Shown piece by piece: positions 1-9,117 of a stretch of 64,000 nucleotides of DNA; position 1 is the first letter of the stretch, and each line of letters starts with the position of its first letter. Under the pieces are notes generated by a model, which saw only the letters and a program-made list of their open reading frames with translations, was not told where the DNA came from and made no database searches. The position numbers were made by a program, and so were the translations under genes. The stretch is from Candidatus Omnitrophota bacterium (lineage in GTDB: Bacteria; Omnitrophota; Gorgyraeia; Gygaellales; Profunditerraquicolaceae). The stretch is taken from NCBI GenBank assembly GCA_025453395.1, contig JALOQK010000003.1:82711-146710 (forward strand), read 5' to 3'.

Positions 1-204
1 AAGCTGTTCTAGGCAGGCGTATTGCGATATCTGTGATATGGGTAGCAGCATCCCCCGGGTTAATTCATGGGCGAAGGTTGCCGTGTGCAGTTGGCAGCAG
101 TAGCTTTGCTCAGTGTTGAAGTATATAAAATAAAGCCGGGTGGCTAATAGGCACAGGGCAAGAAAAAGAAATGTTGGATTCTTTGGGGCGGATAGCTTGC
201 GCAT
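1..204 (-). CDS. 5' part of a membrane protein gene running off the left edge (MRKLSAPKNPTFLFLALCLLATRLYFIYF...)
   Basis: ATG at 204-202, 68 codons open to the window edge, hydrophobic N-terminal segment; translated by hand, not in the ORF track. Confidence 0.6.
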   Translation of the reverse strand, partial: MRKLSAPKNPTFLFLALCLLATRLYFIYFNTEQSYCCQLHTATFAHELTRGMLLPISQISQYACLEQL

Positions 205-248
205 ATTTTTGATGAAAGTGATTATAGCATATTATCCAATGCTTTAAC

Positions 249-392
249 AATAACCAATAATCAAGTTACCAATAATCCAATAATCATCAAACATCAATTA
301 CCAATACCCAAACTTGTTTGAAAACCCGTTTGGTTATTCGGATATTGATTATTGGAATTTGTTTGGTTATTGAAATTTGGTAATTGGGTATT
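249..392. repeat. Inverted pair of degenerate ~7-nt tandem repeats (AATAACC/AATTACC left arm, GGTTATT/GGTAATT right arm)
   Basis: Left arm ~249-313 is A/C-rich (aataaccaataatc...caattaccaatacccaaac); right arm ~328-392 is its imperfect reverse complement (tttggttatt...ttggtaattgggtatt). Confidence 0.8.
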
Positions 393-428
393 ATTATGTT
401 ATACTACTGTCATTAAACAGGAGGAGAA

Positions 429-749
429 ATGGCTACAATAGAAGATTTCAAGAAAATAGAATTAAGGATCGGCCAGATTATAGAGGCAACAGAGCATCCT
501 AATGCCGACCGGCTTTTTGTGATTAAGGTGGACCTGGGAGATAAACAGAAGCAGTTAGTGGCGGGCATAAGAGCTTCTTACCAGAAAGAAGATTTAATCG
601 GCAAACAGGTTGTGGTTGTGGATAATCTGGAATCTGCGATGTTAAGGGGCGTGGAAAGCCAGGGCATGCTTTTGGCCTGTTCTGATGAAACAGGCATTGC
701 CATTGTTTCGCCGCAGCGGCAGATGAAATTAGGAAGCATTGTCAAATGA
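429..749 (+). CDS. Stand-alone tRNA-binding OB-fold protein (Trbp111/CsaA/MetRS C-terminal-like)
   Basis: ELRIGQI..A..HPNADRL, QLVAGI, MLRGVESQGMLLA motifs; SD GGAGGAG upstream. Confidence 0.9.
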   Translation: MATIEDFKKIELRIGQIIEATEHPNADRLFVIKVDLGDKQKQLVAGIRASYQKEDLIGKQVVVVDNLESAMLRGVESQGMLLACSDETGIAIVSPQRQMKLGSIVK

Positions 750-1255
750 AGCTTAAACAAATCGTTCCCGAAAGTTTTTGTTTGAAATGCCAGGGGTGCT
801 GCCGTTTTCGCCAGGCCAATTCACCATGGCTGCCCTGTTTAATGCACGAGGAGATACAGGATTTACTGGATAGAAAAATACCGCCTGTGTCTATTTCCAT
901 AGATAGAAAGATCCAGCCGGTTTTTGATCCGCAATCAGAGATGTATCTATGCGCCCTTCTGGATAAGCCCTCTAATAAATGCAAGATTTACGGTTTTCAC
1001 CCCTTTGAATGCCAGCTTTATCCTTTTTTGATAAACTTACGCCAGGACAAAGCCATTATTACTGTGGATATGAATTGTCCGTATGTGGAAAAAAGCGCGC
1101 ATACGCAAGAATTTAGAGACTATGTTAAATACCTAACCGAATTTTTAAATGCCCCGGAGCAAATAAAGCTTATTAAAAACAACCCCCAGAACTTAGAGGC
1201 CTATGAAGAGCTGGCAAAGGTTATTGAATTAAATCTTCCCGATGAAGCTGCGTAA
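746..1255 (+). CDS. YkgJ-family CxxCxxCC cysteine-cluster (Zn/Fe-S) protein
   Basis: CLKCQGCC at the N-terminus and C..L....KCKIY..HP.EC.LYPF. Confidence 0.8.
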   Translation: MKLKQIVPESFCLKCQGCCRFRQANSPWLPCLMHEEIQDLLDRKIPPVSISIDRKIQPVFDPQSEMYLCALLDKPSNKCKIYGFHPFECQLYPFLINLRQDKAIITVDMNCPYVEKSAHTQEFRDYVKYLTEFLNAPEQIKLIKNNPQNLEAYEELAKVIELNLPDEAA

Positions 1256-2153
1256 GCTATCACTAAAGAGCCGTGAAATATTTCAGGCGCATCTAAGAAA
1301 CTATAAATGCAATTTAGCCGCATATTCTTTTGAGAATATTTATATTTGGAAATGCCTGTTCGATATCAGGTGGGCAATTATCGAAAATAACCTCTGTATC
1401 TTTTTTAAAGATAGCTTTGGGACATTTCTTTATTTGCCGCCATTAGGCAAAAAGCCAGAGGCGCTATTAACGGGCGGGCTTTTTGCCTTTCTGGATAGTT
1501 TGAACAGGAATTCAGAAGTAAGCCGGATTGAAAACGTAAGAGAAGAAGAAGCCAACTTTTATAAAGCTTTAGGCTATGATGTTTCCCCAAAGCCGGGAGA
1601 TTTTATTTACGTTCGTCAAGCGCTTGCGGATTTGCGCGGAAATAAATATAAATCAAAGCGCTCCAGTTTGAATTTTTTCATCAAGAATTATCCGGCGCGG
1701 GTATTTGCCTATAAAGCTCAGCACGCGAAAGAGTGTTTAAAACTTTATAAAAACTGGGCAACAGCCCGAGCTAAGGAAACAACCGACACTTTTTATATCG
1801 GCATGATGGATGATAGCTATAAGGCTTTAGAGGTTTTATTGAAGAGCCAAAAAGGCTTGCGCTATCAAGGGATAGTGGTAGAAATAGGCGGTAAAATCTG
1901 CGCTTTTAGCTTAGGCTATGAATTAAACGGCCAATGTTTTTGCATTTTATATGAAGTAGCGGATTTATCCTATAAAGGAATAGCGCAATTTATTTTTCAG
2001 GAATTCTGCCGCAGGTTAGAGGATTATAAATACATTAATGCTATGGATGATTCTGGTTTAGATTCTCTTCGCCGGATAAAGCTTTCTTATCGCCCCGCAG
2101 AAATTATTCCCGCATATATTGTGAAGCAAAAGAATATCCAAAGCCGCAGTTAA
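1242..2153 (+). CDS. DUF2156 / aminoacyl-PG synthase C-terminal-like GNAT-fold protein
   Basis: DFIY...LADLRGNKY..KR..LN.F, YKGIAQFI, YINAMDDSG..SLRR.KLSYRP. Confidence 0.8.
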   Translation: MKLRKLSLKSREIFQAHLRNYKCNLAAYSFENIYIWKCLFDIRWAIIENNLCIFFKDSFGTFLYLPPLGKKPEALLTGGLFAFLDSLNRNSEVSRIENVREEEANFYKALGYDVSPKPGDFIYVRQALADLRGNKYKSKRSSLNFFIKNYPARVFAYKAQHAKECLKLYKNWATARAKETTDTFYIGMMDDSYKALEVLLKSQKGLRYQGIVVEIGGKICAFSLGYELNGQCFCILYEVADLSYKGIAQFIFQEFCRRLEDYKYINAMDDSGLDSLRRIKLSYRPAEIIPAYIVKQKNIQSRS

Positions 2154-2229
2154 TAATTCTTTAACATTAACCTCCTTTCTATTATAATAGACGCGTGGCG
2201 TAGCCTGAATCTTACGGGAAATTTTATTG

Positions 2230-2826
2230 ATGAATAAAGACATAAACGAAGTAGAATTTACTCTTTTTGATACCGAGACTACTGGTTTAAGCCCGGTGGC
2301 AGGGGACAGGGTTGTAGAGATAGCAGGCCTGCGTTTTAAGGGGGATCAGGTAATTGACGTCTTTGAATCTTTTGTGCAAACCGGCAAAGAAATTTCTCCC
2401 GGGGCTTTTGCAGTGAATAAGATCACCCCCCAGATGCTAAAAAACGCTCCTCTTCCCAATGAGGCGATCCCAAATTTTGTAGAATTTGCTAAGGATAGTT
2501 GCCTTTTATCTTATAATGCTATTTTTGATTGGGATTTTTTGACCAATGAATTGAGCTTAATCGGCATGAACTTGCCGCAGGAGACGGAGATTTTAGATAT
2601 TTTAAAGATGGCTCGCCGGGCAATGCCCGGATTAGGCCGGTATCCATTGTGGTTTGTGGCGCAAACTTTAGGCGTAGAAAATCCGCAAGAGCACCGCGCT
2701 TTAGCCGACGCCAAGATGTCTTTCAAAGTATTCTTGAAACTTAAAGCCATGTTAAAAACAAAAGGCGTGGAAGATTTTTCAGCTCTTTTGAATCTCTCGC
2801 GCATACAGCAAAGGTGTAATTTATGA
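2230..2826 (+). CDS. DnaQ-like DEDDh 3'-5' exonuclease
   Basis: FDTETTG (ExoI), YNAIFD (ExoII), HRALAD (ExoIII); ATG at 2230 preferred over TTG at 2227. Confidence 0.88.
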   Translation: MNKDINEVEFTLFDTETTGLSPVAGDRVVEIAGLRFKGDQVIDVFESFVQTGKEISPGAFAVNKITPQMLKNAPLPNEAIPNFVEFAKDSCLLSYNAIFDWDFLTNELSLIGMNLPQETEILDILKMARRAMPGLGRYPLWFVAQTLGVENPQEHRALADAKMSFKVFLKLKAMLKTKGVEDFSALLNLSRIQQRCNL

Positions 2827-5189
2827 AAATCACGGCATCTAAGCTTTTTTTAGCCTTTGCAGTGCTTGTTTTATCGGGATGCCTGCCCAATAATTCCAGT
2901 ATTTCTCCCCAAGCCGCCATTTCGCAATCGGAAAAATATTACCAAGAAGGCATCGCAGGATACAAGAAACTTATAGCGGAAGGAAAAGACACAGACAATT
3001 TATATTTTAAATTGGGGCAGGTTTATTTCGGGCATGGCGAATTTGATAAAGCAATAGAGCAGTTTAAAAAAAGCAATAATCCAGAAGCAAGAAAGTATCT
3101 GGGTATTGCATATTTCAACCGCGGAAATTTTGTGGACGCGCTTGATACTTTCGCTAAGGTTGTCTCTCCGGATGACCAGGCCAATTACTACCACGGGTTA
3201 ACCGCGGAGAAACTGAATCTTTTTGACCAGGCGACTTCTTTTTATCAAAAGATCAAGGCGGGCAGGTTTTTACTGGAGGCGCGCTTAAGAATAAGTGAAA
3301 TTGAAAAGCAAGGGCGGGGTCTGAAGATTTCGCAGATATCGCCAGAAATAGCAAAGCTAATTCAGAGGCATCCTGCTCTTGAAAACTATCCTGAAGCAGG
3401 CACCCTTGTTCTTCTCTGCGACGAGAGAGTGCGCATTACCAAGGAGAATACAGAGATTTCCCAAATGCATTATCTGATCCAAGTGTTGAATCAGCGCGGC
3501 AAAGAGGATTGCGCTGAGACGGGCATAGAATATGATTCTACTTTTGAAAAAGTAGAGCTTGAATACGCGCGCACCATTAAACCTGACGGGACAGTCGTGG
3601 ATGTGGGCAGCCGCCATATCCGCGATGTTTCCAAATATATGAACTTTCCGCTTTATAGCAATGCCAGGGTGTATATTATTTCTTTCCCGGAGATTGCTGA
3701 AAACGCGGTTATTGAGTATAAATACAAAATCACCCGCAATAAGCTTGTCAATGATAAGGATTTTGTCACTGCCTATCCGCTTAAAGGCAAGGATCCGATA
3801 TTAAAAGCCAGATTTGAATTGGTTGTGCCTAAAGACAGGCAGCTTAGGTTTAAGATCATCAATGAGCAATTTAATGATTCTAAGGCCAAGCTAGAGCCGC
3901 AGGTTTCACAAGATAATGACGATAAAATTTATTCATGGGATTTTAAAGATATCCCGCAGATCGTTCCCGAACCGGATATGCCTGACGCGGTTAAGATCAA
4001 TCCGACAATTATGATTTCTTCTTTTTCCGGATGGGACAGCATTTATAAATGGTGGCAAGGCCTGTCAGCGGATAAAATCAAGCCGGATAAAGATATATCA
4101 GAAAAAACCTTGCAGCTAGTTAAAGGAAAGAAGACTGCCCGCGAAAAGGCCGCGGCAATATATGAATTTTGTTCTCGTAAAATAAGATATGTAGCCGTAG
4201 AATATGGGCAGGCAGGTTATCAGCCGCATCAGGCAGCGGATATCTTTAGCAATAAATATGGAGATTGTAAAGATAAGGCCATACTTTTGGTGACTATGTT
4301 GCGTTTGGCGGACTTACAAGCCTATCCGGTACTTATTCCCACAGAAGAGCTTTATGATCTGGATAAAGAATTTCCATCGATGATATTTAATCATGCCATT
4401 GCCGCGGTTATGCTGGGCAAAGAAATGATTTTTATGGATCCTACGTGCGAGGCCTGTTCTTTTGCAGACTTGCCTTCCGCAGACCAAGGAAGAAATGTGC
4501 TGGTGTTTACCCCTTCCGAATATACGATCGTCAATACCCCATTGTCTGAACCGCAACACAATTACCTGCAGCAGAAGTTATCCATTAAGATAAATCCTGA
4601 CGAAACTATAACAGCCAAGAGGACAGTAGTTTCTTCCGGCGTATACGCGCAAGCCCAAAGGTATTGGCTGTGGTATACTTCTCCGGAATTGATCGCTCAG
4701 ACCTTGCGGGGGAAAATACAAGGCATATCTATCGGAGCGCAATTAATCGATTATAAGTTTCAAAATTTAGAGGATCTAAGCCTGCCCGCCCGCTTGGAAT
4801 ATGATTTTCGGGGCAGTGAGTATCTGACATTGGCCGGGGATATGCGCATTCTGCCGCAATTTGCTTCGGTGGATGTCTCAATTGTGGCCCAAGAAAAAAG
4901 GATGTTTGATATACAAATTGGGTTTTTAAGCCAGGAAGACGTGGAGTTGGAGGTTGATATCCCTAAAGGGTTTGTGGTAAAATATATGCCTGATTGCATA
5001 AAAAAAGAAAGCCCTTGGTTTGATCTGGACGTGCAATATAAAATACAAAGCAACAGGATCTATTTTAAACAGAGCTCTATTGTTAAGCAAAGAAAGATAA
5101 GCCAGGGCCAATACGGACAATTCAAGAAATTTATTCAGGACCTGGCGCAGGCAATCAAGCAGAGGATTGTACTTGAAAAAGCAAGATGA
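2823..5189 (+). CDS. Lipoprotein with TPR repeats, DUF3857 and transglutaminase-like domain
   Basis: Lipobox LSGC, TPR-like helices, IRYVAVEYG, GDCKDKA (Cys), FNHAI (His), FMDPT (Asp). Confidence 0.85.
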   Translation: MKITASKLFLAFAVLVLSGCLPNNSSISPQAAISQSEKYYQEGIAGYKKLIAEGKDTDNLYFKLGQVYFGHGEFDKAIEQFKKSNNPEARKYLGIAYFNRGNFVDALDTFAKVVSPDDQANYYHGLTAEKLNLFDQATSFYQKIKAGRFLLEARLRISEIEKQGRGLKISQISPEIAKLIQRHPALENYPEAGTLVLLCDERVRITKENTEISQMHYLIQVLNQRGKEDCAETGIEYDSTFEKVELEYARTIKPDGTVVDVGSRHIRDVSKYMNFPLYSNARVYIISFPEIAENAVIEYKYKITRNKLVNDKDFVTAYPLKGKDPILKARFELVVPKDRQLRFKIINEQFNDSKAKLEPQVSQDNDDKIYSWDFKDIPQIVPEPDMPDAVKINPTIMISSFSGWDSIYKWWQGLSADKIKPDKDISEKTLQLVKGKKTAREKAAAIYEFCSRKIRYVAVEYGQAGYQPHQAADIFSNKYGDCKDKAILLVTMLRLADLQAYPVLIPTEELYDLDKEFPSMIFNHAIAAVMLGKEMIFMDPTCEACSFADLPSADQGRNVLVFTPSEYTIVNTPLSEPQHNYLQQKLSIKINPDETITAKRTVVSSGVYAQAQRYWLWYTSPELIAQTLRGKIQGISIGAQLIDYKFQNLEDLSLPARLEYDFRGSEYLTLAGDMRILPQFASVDVSIVAQEKRMFDIQIGFLSQEDVELEVDIPKGFVVKYMPDCIKKESPWFDLDVQYKIQSNRIYFKQSSIVKQRKISQGQYGQFKKFIQDLAQAIKQRIVLEKAR

Positions 5190-7126
5190 CCCATAAATCA
5201 GAAGCTTTAAACCGCAGGCAGTATGTGCGCCTGGATTCCGTGTTTCCTGTAGGCTTCAGGCTTTTTAAGAAAGACGCCAATTGTTTTCTTTCCGGCTGGG
5301 TCCAGGGGTTTACCAGTAACGTCGGGAAAGGCGGGATTTGTCTTGAGGCGCGTAAGATAAATCCCGAAATAGCCAGGCTTTTAAATGACCCATCAGTGGC
5401 CTTAGAAATAGAGTTACTGATGCCCTTAGGCTCAAGCGCTATCCGGGCAAAAGCGGAAGTGATTTGGGTAAGCAGAGGGCAATCCGAAGATGAGTATGTC
5501 ATCGGGTTAAAGTATGCTTCTATTTTGGAAAGTCAGCGTCGGAAGATTATCCGTTACGCGTGGGGAAAGAAAATATTCACCCCGTTGGTTTTATCGTTGG
5601 TTGCGATATTGGCGGTGGGTTTGCTTGTGAATAGCTATCTGCATCTAAGATTAATCCGGCAAAACCGCCAGCTCATAGAACAATTAGTTGTTTCCCGGAA
5701 AGAAGTTGAACGGATACAAAGCACGCTTGAAAAGATAACCGGGGAAAAAGCCAGCCTTCAGGAAAACCTAAAGGCTTTGGAAGAAAAGCTTAATAATACT
5801 ACAGAGGCAAAAAGCAGATTGTTGCCGGAGTCTATTCACGAGGCGCAGTCTTTGGTGAAATTGCGTGAAGCCAATTTATTAATCGCTCAAATAAATAAAG
5901 AACGAGCCTTCTTAAAGGAAAAGCTGTCTGAATTGTCAAATACCCAGGCACAGGCAGCAGAGCAATTAACCAGCGTTGAAAAGACGCGTCTGCGCTTAGA
6001 AAGGGCCAATGTGGACAAAATGTATGAGTGGATCAAGGTGCATCAAAGCCCGCGCACCGGCCTGGTGATGAGTTTTGAGGGCGACAAAGATTTTGCCTCG
6101 TGGGCGTTTACTTACGACCAGGCGTTATCAGCGCTGGCCTTTACTTATTTTGGGGACTACGCGCGTTCCAGGAAAATATTTGATTTTTACCTGAATAAAG
6201 CCGAGAAATTGCGCTGGGGGTTCTTAAACGGATATTATTTCAACGATGGGGCTGCGGCGGAATACACAGTGCATTCCGGGCCTAATCTTTGGGTGGGCAT
6301 AGCTATAGCGCAATATACGCGCAGAACCAATGATACTTCGTATTTGCCTTTGGCGGAAAAGATCGCTGATTTTATTATATCTTTGCAATCTGAAGATCAG
6401 GATTCGGGAATCCGCGGAGGCCCGGATGTTAAATGGTTTTCTACCGAGCATAACCTCGATGCCTATGCTTTTTTAAATATGCTTTATATCCTAACCGGCA
6501 AAAACAAATACCTTGTTGCCAGGGACGGGGTATTGGAATGGCTTAAGAAACACACCTATGATCAATATGATGTCCCGATTAATCGCGGCAAGGGAGATTC
6601 TACTATTGCCACCGATACTTATGCCTGGTCTGTGGCCGCGCTGGGCCCGGAAAAACTTATCGCCATCGGCATGGATCCGGTGGATATTATGGACTTTGCC
6701 GATAAGAATTGCGCGGTAGAAGTAGATTATATGCGCCCCGAAGCAGTCAAGGTAAGAGTAAAAGGTTTTGATTTTGCTGCCCAAAGGCATGTTGCAAGAC
6801 CAGCAGTGGTTTCCTCAGAGTGGACATCCCAGATGATCCTATCTTTTAAGATCATGGCGGATTTTTTAAGCCGCACCGGCCAGACCAAGAAAGCGCTGGA
6901 TTATAAACAGAAAGCGCAAGATTATTTAGCTTCTTTAAGCGGCATGATCATTTCAAGCCCTTCAGCCTCTGGCCAGGGGCAGGGGTGTCTTCCTTATGCC
7001 AGCGAAGACTTTGTGGATACCGGGCACGGGTGGACCACGCCTAAGGGGAAATCCACCGGTTCTCTTGCCGGGACAGCTTACACGATCTTTGCCTACTATA
7101 ATTTTAATCCTTTGAATTTTGAGTAA
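5186..7126 (+). CDS. PilZ domain + TM + coiled coil + putative (alpha/alpha)6 glycosidase-like domain
   Basis: RRQYVR and NVGKGG PilZ motifs; one TM (~aa130-152); heptad-rich stalk; C-terminal domain with FTYDQAL, GPNLW, STEHNLD, DTYAW. The fold assignment is inference. Confidence 0.65.
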   Translation: MTHKSEALNRRQYVRLDSVFPVGFRLFKKDANCFLSGWVQGFTSNVGKGGICLEARKINPEIARLLNDPSVALEIELLMPLGSSAIRAKAEVIWVSRGQSEDEYVIGLKYASILESQRRKIIRYAWGKKIFTPLVLSLVAILAVGLLVNSYLHLRLIRQNRQLIEQLVVSRKEVERIQSTLEKITGEKASLQENLKALEEKLNNTTEAKSRLLPESIHEAQSLVKLREANLLIAQINKERAFLKEKLSELSNTQAQAAEQLTSVEKTRLRLERANVDKMYEWIKVHQSPRTGLVMSFEGDKDFASWAFTYDQALSALAFTYFGDYARSRKIFDFYLNKAEKLRWGFLNGYYFNDGAAAEYTVHSGPNLWVGIAIAQYTRRTNDTSYLPLAEKIADFIISLQSEDQDSGIRGGPDVKWFSTEHNLDAYAFLNMLYILTGKNKYLVARDGVLEWLKKHTYDQYDVPINRGKGDSTIATDTYAWSVAALGPEKLIAIGMDPVDIMDFADKNCAVEVDYMRPEAVKVRVKGFDFAAQRHVARPAVVSSEWTSQMILSFKIMADFLSRTGQTKKALDYKQKAQDYLASLSGMIISSPSASGQGQGCLPYASEDFVDTGHGWTTPKGKSTGSLAGTAYTIFAYYNFNPLNFE

Positions 7127-7764
7127 TGGATGTTAAAAAAGAATTAAAAGATATTTATAAAAAGTTATTCCGTTGTTTCGGGCGGCAATATTGGTGGCCG
7201 GCAGAAAGCCCTTTTGAGGTGATGGTCGGCGCGATATTAACCCAGAATACAAACTGGCGCAATGTAGAGAAAGCCATCGGTAATCTTAAGCAGAATAAGG
7301 CTCTTGACCCATTCAAGATGCTGGCTATGCCGCATAAGAAATTAGCCTGCATGATCCGGCCCGCGGGTTACTATAATATTAAAACCAAGAGGCTCAAAGA
7401 GTTCTTAAAATTCTTTACCCGTATTTATAAAGCTGACTTTGGCCTGATGCGCGCGCAAAATACTGATGCGTTGCGCAAAGAACTCTTGGCGGTAAAAGGC
7501 ATTGGAGAAGAAACCGCTGACTCCATACTTCTTTACGCCTTAAGCAAGCCGGTGTTTGTGATTGATGCCTACACAAAGAGGCTTCTTGCGCGGCACAATT
7601 TTATTGCCGGCAGTTGCCTGTATCAGCAGGCGCAGAAAATATTTATGGAAAACCTTAATAAAGACGTGAAAATGTTTAACGAATACCATGCCTTGATAGT
7701 AAAATTGAACAAAGAATTTTGCTTGAAAAACAACCCGAGGTGCCGGATATGTCCATTAAAGTAA
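7126..7764 (+). CDS. HhH-GPD DNA glycosylase, endonuclease III-related (MJ1434-like subgroup)
   Basis: WWPAE.PFEV.VGAILTQNT.W, GIGEETADSILLYA, VIDAY; C-terminal Cx6Cx2C. Confidence 0.85.
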   Translation: MDVKKELKDIYKKLFRCFGRQYWWPAESPFEVMVGAILTQNTNWRNVEKAIGNLKQNKALDPFKMLAMPHKKLACMIRPAGYYNIKTKRLKEFLKFFTRIYKADFGLMRAQNTDALRKELLAVKGIGEETADSILLYALSKPVFVIDAYTKRLLARHNFIAGSCLYQQAQKIFMENLNKDVKMFNEYHALIVKLNKEFCLKNNPRCRICPLK

Positions 7765-9113
7765 GCGATTTTTTATACAGGGTTTCCAATACCTATTTTA
7801 TTCAATATCTCCAGGAGATATTCGATATAGACCTTGATGAGATGCGCGAGATCCAGAAGGATTTTCTCTCGCAGATGAAGCGCGGCCTGCAGGGCAAGGA
7901 AAGCCCGTTAAAAATGCTGGTTACTTATGCGCATATGCCCGATGGCAATGAAAGAGGCAGTTTCATCGCCCTGGATTTAGGCGGGACAAATTTACGTATT
8001 CTTTTAGTAGAACTGCAGGGTGCCGGAAAAGTAAGGATGGTGAAAGAAAAGCGGGTTACTATACATAAGAGGCATACCCGGGGCAAGGCGGCCAAGCTTT
8101 TTGGTTTTATCGCCCGCTCTATTGAAGATTTTATGCGCGAATGCCGCATTAAACCATACATGAAAATAAACATAGGTTTTACCTTTTCTTTTCCGGTGAA
8201 GCAATTGGCAATTAACAGGGGAAAATTAATGCATTGGACTAAAGACTTTGCCATTACTGAAGAAGAGGGGTTGGATGTGGTAGAGCTTTTGAATTGCGCC
8301 CTTACCAAGAGAAATTTGCATAATCTAAAAGTCGCGGCACTCTTAAATGACACGGTAGGCACCCTTGTGACAAGGGGATACTCAGAACATGATTGCGACG
8401 CAGGCATGATCCTTGGCACCGGGACCAACGCCTGTTATATAGAAAAGCCTTCTAATATTACCAAGGCGCATATTAAAGGCTTAAAGAAAAAGGGCATGAT
8501 TGTCAATATCGAGTGGGGAAATTTTGATAAACTGCGTTTGACTGAATATGACCGCGCTATTGATAAAGAGTCCGGGAATATCGGGATGCAGCTTTTGGAA
8601 AAAACCGTTTCCGGAAAATATTTAGGCGAGATCGTGCGCGTGACTTTAAAGGATCTGGCGCGCAGGAAATTTATTTTCAGCCTTTATCCGCAAAGCAGGC
8701 CCTTTGATAAGCCGGGCACATTTAATGCCGAGTATTTATCGCGCATAGAGGCGGATTCTTCTTCGGATTTAAAGCAGGTCGCCTCTGTTTTTAAAGAAAT
8801 AGGAGCTGCGCCAACGGTTCTTGCCGAAAGGCGCTTGGTGAAAAATACCTGTGGCATTATAAGCCGAAGAGCAGCACGGATCATAGCTTCTGTGTTAACA
8901 GCGGTGATCTTTAAAATGGACCCCTATTTTCTTAAGCGCCACGTGGTGGCTGTAGACGGAAGTTTATATGAAAAGCATCCGTTTTTCTCTGCACATATAC
9001 TTGAAGCCATGCGGGAATTATTAGGCAAGCGCGCAGATAAAATAACCCTGGAATTAACCAAGGATGGTTCGGGAAAAGGCGCGGCGATCGTGGCGGCAAT
9101 ATCCACAGGTTAA
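7749..9113 (+). CDS. Hexokinase (eukaryote-type Hexokinase_1/_2 family)
   Basis: DLGGTNLR, GFTFSFP, WTK, LNDTVGTL, ILGTGTNACY, NIEWG, SGKYLGE, DGSLYE, DGSGKGAA; ATG 7749 chosen. Confidence 0.92.
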   Translation: MSIKVSDFLYRVSNTYFIQYLQEIFDIDLDEMREIQKDFLSQMKRGLQGKESPLKMLVTYAHMPDGNERGSFIALDLGGTNLRILLVELQGAGKVRMVKEKRVTIHKRHTRGKAAKLFGFIARSIEDFMRECRIKPYMKINIGFTFSFPVKQLAINRGKLMHWTKDFAITEEEGLDVVELLNCALTKRNLHNLKVAALLNDTVGTLVTRGYSEHDCDAGMILGTGTNACYIEKPSNITKAHIKGLKKKGMIVNIEWGNFDKLRLTEYDRAIDKESGNIGMQLLEKTVSGKYLGEIVRVTLKDLARRKFIFSLYPQSRPFDKPGTFNAEYLSRIEADSSSDLKQVASVFKEIGAAPTVLAERRLVKNTCGIISRRAARIIASVLTAVIFKMDPYFLKRHVVAVDGSLYEKHPFFSAHILEAMRELLGKRADKITLELTKDGSGKGAAIVAAISTG

Positions 9114-9117
9114 AAAC

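Noticed and set aside
249-392. Possible CRISPR array in the repeat-rich intergenic regions
   Set aside because: Units are ~7 nt, degenerate and contiguous, with no 25-45-nt repeats separated by unique spacers; no cas genes
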